Shown here piece after piece: positions 33,997 through 46,121 of a stretch of 64,000 bases of DNA. The stretch is from Cladosporium halotolerans (taxonomy: Eukaryota): assembly GCF_011745625.1 (NCBI RefSeq), contig NW_027191461.1, positions 310,001 through 374,000 of the forward strand, given 5' to 3'. The notes under the pieces are model-generated. The model was given only the letters and a program-made list of their open reading frames with translations, was not told where the DNA came from and did not search any database. Positions within the stretch are counted from its first letter, which is position 1, and the number at the start of each line of letters is the position of its first letter. A program made the translations under genes and the position numbers.

Positions 33997-34839
33997 TCAG
34001 GCTGAACGATCTGATTTGCTTGATGCCGCTATGGTATCTGCATTGGCCTTTTCGCCAATTCCTGTCACGTCGGACACGTCTTTACTCATGATCACATAGT
34101 CCACAGCAACAACCTTGTTGCGCGTTTTCCGGTCTTCCGGCGAGCTAACGTCCTTCGCAAAGCCCTGCCTCTCATAAAATTCATGCGCCTTCGAATTGCA
34201 GAGGAAACAAGTCAACATAACCTTCTCCAACCCAACGTTCGCCGCCACTCGATTCGCGACATGCATGAGATACTTGCCCAGCCCAAGCCCCCTGAGAGAG
34301 TCCGCCAGGTGGATCTCATAGATATACAGCACAGGCACGCTGGGTGACGAATCGTGCGTGACCATGCAGCTCAAAAACCCAAGGATGCTCGTGTCGACGT
34401 CGCCGGATCTCGTCCGCTCGATCGACGACTTTTGGCCCCTTCGCCGCACGAAGAAGTATTTCATCTCGGGCTCCAGCATTTCCTTCCGTTTCCGCCGTGG
34501 GTGCCAACCAATGGTGCTGCTTTCGTAGTCGGGCTTGCTGGTCTCTTCGACGAGGTTGAAGGATGCGTTGTGCTCGCCGGGAGTTAGCCAGTCGGCTGAG
34601 ACGAGGGAGAGGTCGAATGCTTCTTCAGTGTCGGCTTGAAACTTGTGGTAATGCAGGAGGTCTTCGTCTACAAAGCGCGACCGGAAATTCTCGGGTGACA
34701 GAGCATTCGTTTCTTCCACGATCTTCTCCTTCCGTGCATTGCGGGAGGCTTTGCGAACATCGGCTTTTGGCTTCTTCGCGTGGATGGCATGTTGCTCTTG
34801 TGCACCAGCATCCATGGCATCATTCTTTCTTTTGGCCAT
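33997..34839 (-). CDS. NAT4: N-alpha-acetyltransferase 40 (NatD, histone H4/H2A N-terminal acetylase)
   Basis: FNLVEETS..DYE.S.IGW.P..KRKEM....MKY; VLYIYEIHL...RGLGLG..LM; KVMLTCF..N..A..FY...GF..D.SSP. Confidence 0.85.
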   Translation of the reverse strand: MAKRKNDAMDAGAQEQHAIHAKKPKADVRKASRNARKEKIVEETNALSPENFRSRFVDEDLLHYHKFQADTEEAFDLSLVSADWLTPGEHNASFNLVEETSKPDYESSTIGWHPRRKRKEMLEPEMKYFFVRRRGQKSSIERTRSGDVDTSILGFLSCMVTHDSSPSVPVLYIYEIHLADSLRGLGLGKYLMHVANRVAANVGLEKVMLTCFLCNSKAHEFYERQGFAKDVSSPEDRKTRNKVVAVDYVIMSKDVSDVTGIGEKANADTIAASSKSDRSA

Positions 34840-35143
34840 GATATAGTCTTCCAGTGAAATGTCGAACACTGCAGACCGGTCCGTAACAATTTCTTGCCGG
34901 GGCGCGCGCACGCGACAATGCTGCACAAAGCCGCGTCCGCATCCGCTGATCTCAAAGACGTCGAAAGCGCGCGCGCGTGTCGGCGCTCCAAAACGCCGAG
35001 CCGACGTCAGGCCAACTCTCGAGGCTGCCGGGCGCCGAATGCATCTTCTCATTCTCCAAAAGGAAACACCTCACCATTTCCACCCTTTCTCTTCTCGCTC
35101 AGTCACCGCTCAATCGAAACGTTCGCCCGGGCTGCACATCTTG

Positions 35144-35745
35144 ATGTGGTCCCTGCTGCGCGATGGGATGAAAATTCCAGCCAGGCGCTACGCCACGATA
35201 GCGTCGGGCAAGTCGTCGCTTCGTGGCAAAAAGGGCCCTCCGCTGACGCTGGAGCATGTGGGTACCCTGTCTGATGCTATCCTTTTCATGCGTTTGCGCT
35301 TTACCGTTTGATTATTGGTCTGACAAAGCGTCGCAGTTTGTCCAACGAGGCCGCGCGCTGGCGCTGTGGAGGGATATCGTCCGGTCGACGAATAGTGCGT
35401 TTCCCTCGTGTTCTGCTTGACGTTGATCGAAGAACTCCGTTCGTCTGACGGTCATATTTTGCTATGCAGAGGTCCCGCCCTCATCGACAAGGACTGAGCT
35501 GCTCGACTTCGCGAGAGCGGAGTTCGAGCGCCACCGGCACGTGAATGATATCGTAAGTTGAGTGATCGATTGATTGCTTCTGACCGTTGGCCGCTGATTC
35601 CATGCAGGGACACATCCGATATCTCATTTCGGTAAGTACACCCTTGCAGATCGAATCGATGCGCGAGTGAGTCTAACGACAGTGACAGACCGGCAAGACG
35701 CAGCTCGACAGCATGAAACGATACGTCGAGCAGCAGGGCATGTAA
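35144..35745 (+). CDS. Mitochondrial LYR-motif protein (LYRM2-like); exons 35144-35257, 35337-35394, 35470-35552, 35608-35631, 35689-35745 (111 aa)
   Basis: Spliced product ...LTLEHFVQRGRALALWRDIVR...TRTELLDFARAEFERHRHVNDIGHIRYLISTGKTQLDSMKRY. Four GT-AG introns with branch sites join in frame. Largely missed by the ORF track. Confidence 0.9.
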
Positions 35746-36168
35746 GCGATTGTGCGTTGTCTTTCGGCGTTGAAGGATCGCCATGCACTATCGAAAAGTG
35801 CTCCTCTGGCCATGACACCAAGCGCATTTGATGGTTTGCAGCGTCCCTGGTCTGTGATAACAGAGTCCCATTCTCCCTGGGCATCAGAATTGAGGGAACA
35901 GATACACAACTAGATACTACTTCTCTAATCGGCACACGAAACATCAAAGCTGAAACACAAAGTGCGCTGCCGCTATGAACGCTTCTGATACATAGTCTCG
36001 TGAAGCCATCTATCATACATACATCGTCACGCAAAAAAAGATCCCAGTCGCCAGGAATCAGGAGAGAAATAGTCAAAAGATGAAGGGCTCCAGCGAGCCG
36101 TCCAATCATCTTCCCTGCCCTCCAGACACCTCCAAAAGAGAGAAAAGAAAAGATGGCAACGATCGCAG

Positions 36169-38710
36169 TCAGCACCCCGGCCTCGGAGGCGGCGGCATCG
36201 CTTCCTCCGCCTCCGAACCTCTCATCCTGGTACTGTTCGCAGAAACCTGAGAAGCCAGCGAAGACGGAGGGGGAGCGAATTGCGGGATGTAGTTTGCAGC
36301 TGGTACTTTGTCGGTGCCGAAGATCGGTAATGGTATTTGCGAAGAAGATTTTGTCGTCGGGACAATGGGCTGGGGTGAGGTGGTCGGTTTAAATGCTTGC
36401 CAGGGGAGATGTTCGGAGCCTGGGTAAGGTGTTGAGGGGCCTGAAGGGCGGCGCTGGTTGTTGGGGAGGGGTTCTGTGGCCGTGAAGAGGCTGGGTTGGT
36501 TGGGAGGCTGCCATTTGGGAAGGGGGATGGGTGGCTGTTTGGGGGGAGGGTCGTTGGCGAAGTCTGTTGTGCTGGACTTTTGGGTCATCGGGTGACTGTT
36601 CGGTGGTGATGATGTTTGCGGCCTTGATGAAGCTGACAATGGTGGCTCGGCTGTGAACTCAGGGTTGGAGGGGCGTTGAGCGCCAGATGGCCATCGCGTC
36701 GGTGGCTGGTCGGCAGATCCACGATAGACCTCCTGTGCCGAAGGGCTGCGATTTTGCCGGCGAGGCTCGCTTGGAGAGGAGCTCGGCGGAGAGACATCGT
36801 CGCGGAGTGCTCCTGCAATAGCGCTGGTCACGCCCTCTTCTTTCTCTAATATAGCACGCCTTTGATCCATCATTCCGGAAAAATACGTCTCTGTGGTCTG
36901 CAAGACGTCGCGCAGTTTGTTGACTTTCGTTCGCAGTATGCTGTTGTCGTGTCGTAAAATCGCAAGCTCTTCGCAGCCTGCCGGGTCGTTGCGACCATTC
37001 GCTCTCTGATCGCTGCAAGAATGACGCTCCGGTGAATTGACGCGCGCAGAAAAGGCAGGATTACTCTCCAGAGCCGCGAGCCTCTGCTGCAGCTCATCCC
37101 TCTCCCTTGATATCTTTTGGCGTTCATCCGCATTCTTGGCTTGCAGCCTGCTGCTCATCTCCAGCATCCTACCCCACTGCTCCTTCTCTCTCAGAGAATC
37201 AGAGCACTCAGCCTCGCGTCTCTTTTCGCACTGCTCGATTTGCGCCTCAAGTGTTTTGACTTGCTCGGAAAGCTCTTCGTTCTTGCAGGTCAGGTCGTTG
37301 ACTTCCTGCTCGGCGGCGACTGACTTCTTGTCCAACGTCTGGCTCTTCAAACGATCGCGCTGGAATTTCTGGAGTAGCGATGTGTATTCTGCTTGTAAAG
37401 TCTGTAATGCGAGGGACTTTAGTGTCACTTGGTGTTGCAGGTCGGCGATATGTTGGGAAGCAGCTGAGGCCGTTGAAGCAGTGTGGATGGACGATGTGGC
37501 GCGGTTCGACAAAGTGGGCGAGAGTGCCGATGGCGCTGAAGTGCCGCTCCACGGGGTCTTGTAAGAGGCGGTTGCCATAGACGAAGGAGATGGTAAGGGC
37601 CTAAGGGATTGACCATAATTCCGGGGCGACTGCTGTTCGTGATGCGCGGAAGTCGTCCAGCTTTCTGAATGAGCCGGAGAATGCGTACGGTACGGTTCAC
37701 TTCTTTGCAGGGATTCAGAAGCTCCCCTCTGTTCCTCAAAATGGGCTGAGGACATCGACCCCTGAGCCGCATTCAGTATGGTACGTGGACGCTTGCCCAA
37801 AGGCGCATCCTCATCAAGGTCGTCAGATAACCTCTTGATCGAGCCAGGAGGGGTAGCAACGGTCGGGGTATGGTCAAGCGAGTTGTAAGAGCGGTAGCCT
37901 GTGGAAGCGAGCGCTAGCGGTCCTTGCAATTCATTCTTTGCATGTTGCAAGCAGTCAAGCACCCATCGAGCGGTTTTTAACGAATCGTTTGGAGGGGCGT
38001 CGGACCTCTTTGTCACATTAGCAAGCGCCCGACACATTTTCGACTACGAGGACGTGGCATACCTTTACAAACGATCTTAGTTGATGCTTCTGCAGCACCT
38101 CTTCAAGCCCAGAAACTGCGAAGGCGATGTCTTCGATCGCAGATGTCCTCTCGTTGCAACCATGACACGAAGGCTTTTCCAGCACAGGAGCTGCTTCGAC
38201 ACCTGGCGTTGAGCCACGTTCGCGACCAGCGGAATGTTGCAACGATGCAAATGACGGAAGAAATGTGCTTTGCCTTCGCGAACGAGTTACGTCTCCGGAT
38301 GCGATCCCATCATTCCGAGGTTCGCGTTCGTTGCGACCTAAATTTGGGTCCGCCAAGCGGCCCTCCGATTTGAATAGAGACGAGGCGCTCTGTGCATGCT
38401 GGAACCCGTAGGTGTCTCTCGGCAACAGGTCCGAAGGGCCATTGAATCGACTGTCGCTTACTGTGTTGTGAGGAAAGTAGGAAGGCCCACTGGGCTCCGC
38501 CTTTGGCGTAGGCATGTCGCGTCCAAGGTATCCAAGTGGCCCTGTGCTCGACGAATGTTGCCCTTGTTCGGACCCCTTGGCTAAGGTCCTGTCGAAAGCA
38601 CGATTTGGCGCGTTCATAAGCGAGGTAGTGGTAAATGGACTAAGCTGGCGGTCTTTCCATCGTACTTCGCTCCACGACGATCCGGTGTTCATGAGGGGCA
38701 ACAATTCCAT
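36169..38710 (-). CDS. Hypothetical coiled-coil / Pro-Ser-rich protein; exons 38710-38063 and 38007-36169
   Basis: Two long ORFs joined by a GTATGC...GCTAAT...AAG intron. Heptad-rich core HIADLQHQVTLKSLALQTLQ.EY..LLQK.QR. Confidence 0.75.
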
Positions 38711-41700
38711 CGATGATCAAAGGATGGGGTAATGTGGAATCCACGCCATCATCTGTCGAACGTTCAGGTATCAGCAGCCATGGCAAGTCCAGATCGTGAC
38801 CGGGACGCCTGATCACACGTTTCCGGGGCGCGGGCTACGCTTGCAGGACAAAAAGACCAAGGGAAAAGAAAGCAGATAGGGCTTGGCCGTGTCATGTACC
38901 TGGGAGAAGAGGCAGAGTACCGAGCTCCAGCGGCACACCCGCTGCTCAAGGGATAGAGTGCGCGCGTGGCACGTATGCGGCGGCATCACTCATGCCGCAC
39001 AGGCCAGCGGGGCGTTCACGCTGCGGTATTATTATTATCCTTACTCAGAGGGTTCCGTACTGCTGGATCCGACGGTCCTGCTCGGCAGCGCAGGATCGAC
39101 GGCGGTCAGGCAGGGCGAGGGCTTCTGCGGACATGAGACGAACGCGCCGTCGATCCTTCGCCAGACCAGGAGGGTGTCGCGATTTGGCGTGGGCTGCGAG
39201 AGCCAGCCCTGACGGACGACCTTCTTCGTTCGTTCGACCGCCAGACGCCGGCGCCGGGGGCGCGAGGGGTTACGTACTCGCACTGCGGCGGGCGTGGGCT
39301 GATCGAAGTCAAAGACGGCACGGCGAGGGTCTTTGTCAGCGAAGATTGCAGTCAGCAGGCGTCCGTAGTCAGCGCCAGCGCCAGCACAGGCGGCAGGCCG
39401 AGCGCCGCCGCACGCACACGCCCCACCGCCGCACATCCTCGCCATCCACCTGGGGCACGCCGAACCTCGGTACTTTGGCGTCTGCGGCGTCGGGGGAGGC
39501 TCGCGAGAGCGCAGGGCGGCAGGCCTGCGTCGAGCAGGGAGTCGAGCACACGCGCGCCCTGCTACCTTAGCCCTTCCGTCGCCCAGCCCTACCCAAGTGC
39601 CGCTCGCCTGTCCAGCCCGCCGTGCCCGACCGAGGCTCTGCATCGCCAATCACCGTACAATTGCCGCTTTGGGACGGGCGGCCTTTGGCGAAGTCCGACG
39701 ACGAGGGACTCTCCGAGCACCCTTCCAGCCTTCGCAGGCCTGACCACTTGTCGAGGCTGTCGTATCTACTCGTTCAGGCTGCCTCCCCCTCTCAGCTCGC
39801 CGGCATGCTCATCACCGCATCGCACCACCGCGGGCGCAGCTCCGTCCTCCTCCCACCCCTCCTACTCGTACTGTAGCACCACCACGGCGTCCGCCCGGCC
39901 TGTCACCTGCCATCATGCCACCACGTCCGGGTACGCGATCCCCGGTACATGCACGCAGACGCAGCTGCCGCCCAGCACGGCAGGTCTGACAGCACCGAGA
40001 CGACGTAAACGGGCAACGCGACCCAGCAGCACGCATCTCCCGAGCTAAACCTCCACACCTTGTCAGCCCTTCAATGCACGATTAATGTATTACTCAGAAC
40101 AGACCGAGCGGGACGACCGGGGACTTTTCGTCCGTGACAGTAGTCTCTTAGGGCTCAGTCCAGCACGCGCGGAGCATTCACTGACCCATCTTCCGACCGT
40201 GGCGTGGTTATCCAGAGCTGAAGAGAAGGTTGCGAGGATTGTGCAGTTTTATGCGTGCCAGCTCGCATCACATCTCACGAATCCCAGCAAACCCCAAAAC
40301 CTTCGAACCTGAAGCTTCACCACTCGCGTATCTACACAATATCCAGAGCCTGAGGCAATCTCCGCTGAGTTCGACCACGCAACTCTCAAACCATTGCCTC
40401 TCGCCTCCACACCCAATACTAGCAACTGTGCTCGCTTAGCCACGCGGCGAATTGGTCATCATCGGCTAACGCGCTGACCGCATGGCCCTTTCGTCCATGG
40501 AGATGTAACAACAGTCTTTGTTATGTGACAGCCTGCTCACGCATGCATGTATGACGCCTTGCATCTGCGTCCGCATGGGTGCTGATAAGCGATTCGAACA
40601 CCGTGACTGCACGACGCCCTTTGCATATGCATTTGCACGAGTGTGTGTGTTGGGTAGGTAAGATCCAGCCCGCATGAATCTGGCATGCGTTTGCGTCTCA
40701 AACGTGAGGACACGGGCGGGCCCGGTGCAAGACAACATAAAATATTATTCCGCTGGTTTGTCCCGAAGAAAGCGAACGAAGAAGCACAATAGAACAGTCA
40801 CGGAATACGGATGGGGAAAACTCATCTAAAACTCGTATCACATCCGAGCAGATCCCATCTTACCCCCCACTGACTCGGAAGCGAGAATGGCGCGTGATGC
40901 GCGACTCGCGAGCGACCACAATGTGACGGATATCGTCAAACAACCGACCCTGGGCGCCAGCTCCAACAGTTCCATGGTACGCTCGCGTTTCACGGGGAGA
41001 AAAGTAAACAGAACCACAGCGTGGATCCCGTCTCGTCGCGAAACGCAACGCTATCTCACCCGCGGCCTCGCCGTATGGAGAAAATACCCCGCCAAGGTTC
41101 ATCCTTTGGAGCTAAAGCTTCCTTCTCCGCTTGCTCTCTAACGGCGTATTCAGCATGAGCTCCGTTTTGGGACGACGTGTAGCCGCACGGCTTGCATTAA
41201 CAATTGCCGTAGGATTCCGCTGCAATTTGATCGACGTGGGGTTTGAGGGGGGAGAGTTGCTTCGGTAGGATGGGCATGGCTGAGATGCACGCGTTGAGTG
41301 AAGGTGTCGTCACATCGACGGACGTGGGTCGAGGAGGTAGGAATTAGACGATGCTGTGAAGTCGCGTTTGTGTATCGTACATGATCTGATGATCCTATTC
41401 TTACAAAGCTGCGTCGAGCACGACACGATGTCGACCTCACACTCGAAGTCGCGGGCCGAGTGTGTTGGCGTCGTATGCATGACGCCGCATTCGTACATAC
41501 AGACACCGTGCTTGTCAACTAGACTGAGTTGCGGTGCTGCCGGGCAGTTGCCCGTTCATCGAAAGATGCGAGTGCGATCGATGGTGTGCAATGCTTTATG
41601 TTGCCGCAATTACCGGCGTGGGAAGAGGCAGGTCTTCCAGGCCGCTTGGCGTGCGCCAAATCATCCCAAGTATCGTACATCCAGGGCCGTAAGCCAGAGT

Positions 41701-41721
41701 GAGAATCCCCAATACATCATC

Positions 41722-43092
41722 TCAGACCGCACCGTCACCCTTCACTTTGACGTCCACATTCACAGGGCTTGCCTCTAAGTCGACCTGCTGGTGATATGCG
41801 CTGTCCCGCGCCGCCTGCTGACCAAGCAATCCAATGCCAGAAAGCGCGGCGCCCAGGTGACCGTAATCAGCAAATCGCTTACGGCCAAAGATCTGGACCT
41901 GCTCGCCGCGGGGCCAGACCGAAAGCCCTGTCCGCACGGCATAGTAGCCTCCTAGCGCAAGTGTAGCGGCAGTGCCGAGCAGGATGGCCGGCAAGTGGCG
42001 CTGCCAGACAGGCTGTCTGATCGAATGGAGGGGCATGATCGTAGGCGGGCTCTTGAGGTAGGGGATTTGCTCCACGAGCTCCTTCGACACCGTCGTCGCC
42101 GTCTCCAGCACTGTAGGCCTCTCAGGTGGGCACCATGGCAGCTGCATGGACTTCGCCTTCCTCCTCCCCAGAATGTCATCCCTCGTCACGCAGTTCGCCA
42201 GATCTAGCACATCCTCCGCCTTTGTCCCTAGACCCAACCTCTCATGCATCCTCTCCACAAACCTCACCAAACCCCCATGCTTCTCCCTCATCGTCTTCGC
42301 CAACCACGCCTGTGGCACAGCAGGATACAGCATGAGCGCCAAGAACCCGTAGGCCAAGCAATCCACCCCCGTCGGCTCACTCGTGTCCAGCAAAAACTCC
42401 TTCTCCCCCAGCATGTCCCTCAGCGGCGCGAAAAACTCCTCCGCGACGGCGTGCAATTTGAAGATCGCCGCGTGCTCCGGCCGCTGCAGCAGGCTGCGCA
42501 CGGTGTCCTTGCGCGGCAGCAGCAGGCTCGCGCGCTCTTTCGCCTGCGCCTCGAAGCCCTCGCGGTTCGGATCCTTGCCCACGCCGCCTGAGCTCGAGCC
42601 GCTGTCTTCGTGCACGTTGTCGACGTCGATGCTAGAGACGCCGAGGTGGTCGGTCAGGGCGCGGGCCGCGGCGCGGCGGCGCGGGGGCAGGATGTAGTTT
42701 GCGTGCCAGGGCAGGAGGGCTGTGAAGGCCGGGCGCGTGGCGTGGCGGTAGTTTTCGGAGGAGACGTAGAGGGAGATGGAGAGGAGGGTTGGCGCGTGGG
42801 TGTTGAGGAAGGAGGTTATGGCTGTGGAATCGGCGGTTTGGGTAGGGGTGAGAGTGTTTTGTGCGCTGGATGTGGTGGAGAGGTATTCGAATATGGCACC
42901 GTAGCCGTGGAGAGTGCGATTGTCATCGGAGCGAAGGTAGGGTAGGGTCGTCTCGTGGTGGTGCGTCGGGATGATTTCCCAGGCGCTGTCGTCAGGCCCG
43001 AAATGCGATTTGAGCAGTGCGACGGCGGCATTGCATTCTGCGTCGATTGAGGGCAGCCCGAAGGCAGGGCCCAGCACGTAGAGTTGTAACAT
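41722..43092 (-). CDS. SAM37: Metaxin/Sam37 (Tom37) mitochondrial outer-membrane SAM complex subunit
   Basis: LQLYVLGPAFGLPSIDAECNAAVA; LSISLYVSSENY...TRPAF; GST-like C-domain PTGVDCLAYGFLALML; C-terminal transmembrane segment. Confidence 0.85.
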   Translation of the reverse strand: MLQLYVLGPAFGLPSIDAECNAAVALLKSHFGPDDSAWEIIPTHHHETTLPYLRSDDNRTLHGYGAIFEYLSTTSSAQNTLTPTQTADSTAITSFLNTHAPTLLSISLYVSSENYRHATRPAFTALLPWHANYILPPRRRAAARALTDHLGVSSIDVDNVHEDSGSSSGGVGKDPNREGFEAQAKERASLLLPRKDTVRSLLQRPEHAAIFKLHAVAEEFFAPLRDMLGEKEFLLDTSEPTGVDCLAYGFLALMLYPAVPQAWLAKTMREKHGGLVRFVERMHERLGLGTKAEDVLDLANCVTRDDILGRRKAKSMQLPWCPPERPTVLETATTVSKELVEQIPYLKSPPTIMPLHSIRQPVWQRHLPAILLGTAATLALGGYYAVRTGLSVWPRGEQVQIFGRKRFADYGHLGAALSGIGLLGQQAARDSAYHQQVDLEASPVNVDVKVKGDGAV

Positions 43093-43775
43093 TGGGTTGT
43101 GGCTTCAGGAGGAAACGAATCGCATTGGAGTCCCTTGGAAAAGTATACAGTTCGACACGCGAGTCAGCGCGTGAGGGTGCCGATCGTACCTGAAATCTGC
43201 GGCTACGTCACGAAGGCAGTGTAGTCTCATCAATATGATAGGTAAAAGCCAAGACCTTCCTTCGACACTTTATATACCACCACAGTAGGATATGGCTGAG
43301 AGCCCCTAAAAGACTGCACCCCTCCAAATTACACTACGTTGTGCAAGACGAACACCAAGAAACTGATGTTTGGAGTTTGGAGTGAGCTGGAGATATCACG
43401 TGACGCCCCTCTCCGTGTCAACAAAGCGCATATAGCTTTGAAGTGTTTCCCATGAAACGATAACATCGGATCGTCCATACATGCGGCCCACGGGATGGCG
43501 CCCTGCTACCAACTTTGAGTCACAATTGGGTCAGTGCTGGAGAGCTTGATCAGGAATCATTGCAATAAAGTCGTCGCTGGCATGAAAGGTGATATTTGAC
43601 GTGAACTCTGAGGTTTAGAAATCCACTGTCCCGGGCACAGCTACGAGATTTAGAGAGCACAAAGAATCTCTGTAAGCGGTTTCCTATCAATACAATTCTG
43701 TCAAACGGTTCTCCTGTTATCTAATCACAGGTATCTCAAAATCCGGCATCTTCGTCCAGCTTTGCTGGCTCCGAA

Positions 43776-44771
43776 TTAACGATCCATAGAAAGCTGACTA
43801 AGTAGTTCGACGACTTCACCATTCTCTGACAGCTGAGCAGCCTCAAAAGGAGTATTCCCGAGACTGTCGCGGGCCATTAGATCAGCACCATGGCTCAGCA
43901 GTGCGCGGACTGTGTCGGGAGTGCCTGTAGCGGCAGCCTCGTGCAGGGGGGTACCGAGACCCACGCACTTCCGGACTGCGAATGAGAAAGCATGATTATG
44001 GTACATAATGTCGTTCATGTGAAGTTCCTGACAGTGTTGTAACACGAGCTCTATGACTTCGCTGCTGTGGTGAAGCCTCCGTCGGGCGGCATAATGAAGT
44101 AGTTGGCCATTTCGAGGCGATTGTGTGTGACGGAAGAGCAGTTTTACGACAGGAAGAGGGGCGTATTGCAAGGCGATGGAAAAGGGCGTAATGTCCATCT
44201 GGCATCTTGCATCTGGATCTGCGCCATTTGCGAGGAACCACTTGACGACTTTTTCGTCCGCCTCTGCGTCTAGGGCAAGCCTGATGCATGCGTCAGTAGG
44301 TGTCAGCGTATGAAGTGAGTAATATCAAACTTACGACAAAGGTGGAGGGATGCACCACTCGACCTCCTTGTTTAGGTCCAAGCCAAAGTCCAAGAACAAT
44401 GACAAGAGATCCAGGGAATGATGTCTGATCGCAGGTTCCACCAAGTTCACACTAACAGGCACTCCCACTGAGAGAAGCCTTCGGACCAAAGGTATACTCC
44501 CGGAAAATGTGGCTTCTAGTAGACATGCCTGCAGGCTGTTCGCAGGCGTTCCACCGTTCAAAAGCTGATCGATACTGGCAGAAGCCTCGGAGAAGCTACC
44601 AGCTCTGCATTGCGCTTCAGCTGCTGCAATGAGCGGGTGCCTAGACTGGCATATTGCATCAATATCGGATTGACTCAGCATCAGCGACTCGTCGACAGGA
44701 GTGAAGTCCGGTAGCCTGTCCTCAGAGAACCCCGAGGGATCACTCTGGAAAAACTCAGGCAGTGTGTTCAT
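43776..44771 (-). CDS. Ankyrin-repeat protein; exons 44771-44335 and 44280-43776
   Basis: VRRLLSVG, LFLDFGLDLN, KWFLANGADPDA...ITPFSIA, GQLLHYAA, GTPLHEAA....VRALLSHGADLMARDSLGNTPFEAA. GTAAGT...CTGAC...CAG intron joins in frame. Confidence 0.88.
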
Positions 44772-45066
44772 TGCAGTGGTGAACTTTAGTAGGTTGCTTA
44801 AGGACGCGAGCTCGCAACAGTTGGTGCTGTCAGCCGCAGAAAGATGTTGAGCCCTGCATGCAAGACTTTGGGGTGTGGGTAGGTACCTCGAGGTATGTAC
44901 GATATCTACCCCGCACTGCGATCCAGTATTTCTACCGCATTATGCCTTAGATGTATAAGGTAACGACAGCGATAACAAATAAAGTCGGCATTGAAGTTCC
45001 TTGAGATAAGATGTTCATCAACTTAGAGAACTAAACGCTTGCACATTAATTACCGACGTAAGCATG

Positions 45067-45370
45067 TTAATTCCCGACTGAATCAAACACCGGAAAGCCG
45101 CGATACTTCGACAGGGAATTTTCGTCCAGCAGAGCAACCAAATCAGCCTCGTTGAAAAAGATATTATAGGAAGGGGCAGGAACCTCCAAAGGACATTCCT
45201 GACAGCCATCTCGATGATAAGTGAATAGGAATGTGTGCACGCGTCTAGATCCGATAGGTAGCTGTGTGTAGATTAGCGTAGAAGCAGCGAGGGGTAGCAC
45301 GTTGTAAAATGTAAAAGTGTGAGTCGTGCGAAGGCAAGAAACTCACTTTCGCAATGGCCGCTTCGTACAT
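45067..45370 (-). CDS. Possible small spliced ORF (~72 aa) or gene relic; exons 45370-45347 and 45261-45067
   Basis: Consensus GTGAGT donor, GCTAAT branch and CAG acceptor join MYEAAIAK to LPIGSRRVHTFLFTYHRDGCQEC... in frame. No recognisable domain. Confidence 0.35.
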
Positions 45371-45557
45371 GCGAGCAATTTCGAGACAATATTCATACCG
45401 AGGGCCTATGAATGAGACCACCGAAAACTACCTAGGGCTAAATGACCTCTATCAGGAAGAAAACGCAAAGGCCTCTCGACCCTAGACGTCTCGCGTACTG
45501 TCAGCACACGGCTTCGTGGATTGACCCATCGACTGTCCGCCTTCGTAAGCTCCAGTC

Positions 45558-46121
45558 TCATGTGCTCCTAGCCAACAATGTGTTGTTGATATATACTCTA
45601 GGCATCATGCCTTCCTGATAAGCATGGATGACCACCGATGTTTCGCCTTCTCTTCTAGACTGTCCCCGTGGCATCACAGGATAGTTTCTCCAGATCGCAG
45701 TGAGTTGCAACTGCGTAAGAGCAGCATTCATGAGGCGAATGCCATCTGCCATGGCTGGTTGGTTGTTCCAGATCCCAGCGACAACCCAAGTCTCGGTGGG
45801 ATTGAAGTGAACGCGATTGCTCAAGTACAGCGTTGCCAGTCTTCTAAGTAGGCCTTGGATATGTCCAGGCCCTGGATCGGTGCCGGGGGCGATCGTAGTT
45901 GTGCCGTTTGGGAGTGGTGCAATGTGAGCAAGAATTCCAGCTTTCGGTGAAATGATTGCGATGGCAGTGCAGGCGTTGAGAGCACCAGTCACCAGAAAAC
46001 GGACCTTGTTCTCGGGCGGCCAAAACGCAATACGCACATCGTTCTGAGGTACGGCAACAGTCTCAGATCCACGACTGAGCGCCCGAACATATAAGTTGGC
46101 ATTGCTTTGACTGCCGGCCAT
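45558..46121 (-). CDS. Hypothetical 187-aa protein with a CheD/CNF1/YfiH-like Cys-His motif (putative deamidase)
   Basis: Intronless ORF with globular composition; TGALNACTAIAIISPKAGILAHI resembles the T..L.gC..v........laH pattern. Confidence 0.6.
   Translation of the reverse strand: MAGSQSNANLYVRALSRGSETVAVPQNDVRIAFWPPENKVRFLVTGALNACTAIAIISPKAGILAHIAPLPNGTTTIAPGTDPGPGHIQGLLRRLATLYLSNRVHFNPTETWVVAGIWNNQPAMADGIRLMNAALTQLQLTAIWRNYPVMPRGQSRREGETSVVIHAYQEGMMPRVYINNTLLARST

Noticed and set aside
14188..34839. Two N-terminal acetyltransferase genes (NAT3, NAT4) within 20 kb as a functional cluster
   Set aside because: They belong to different subfamilies and are separated by many unrelated genes, so the proximity is most likely coincidental.
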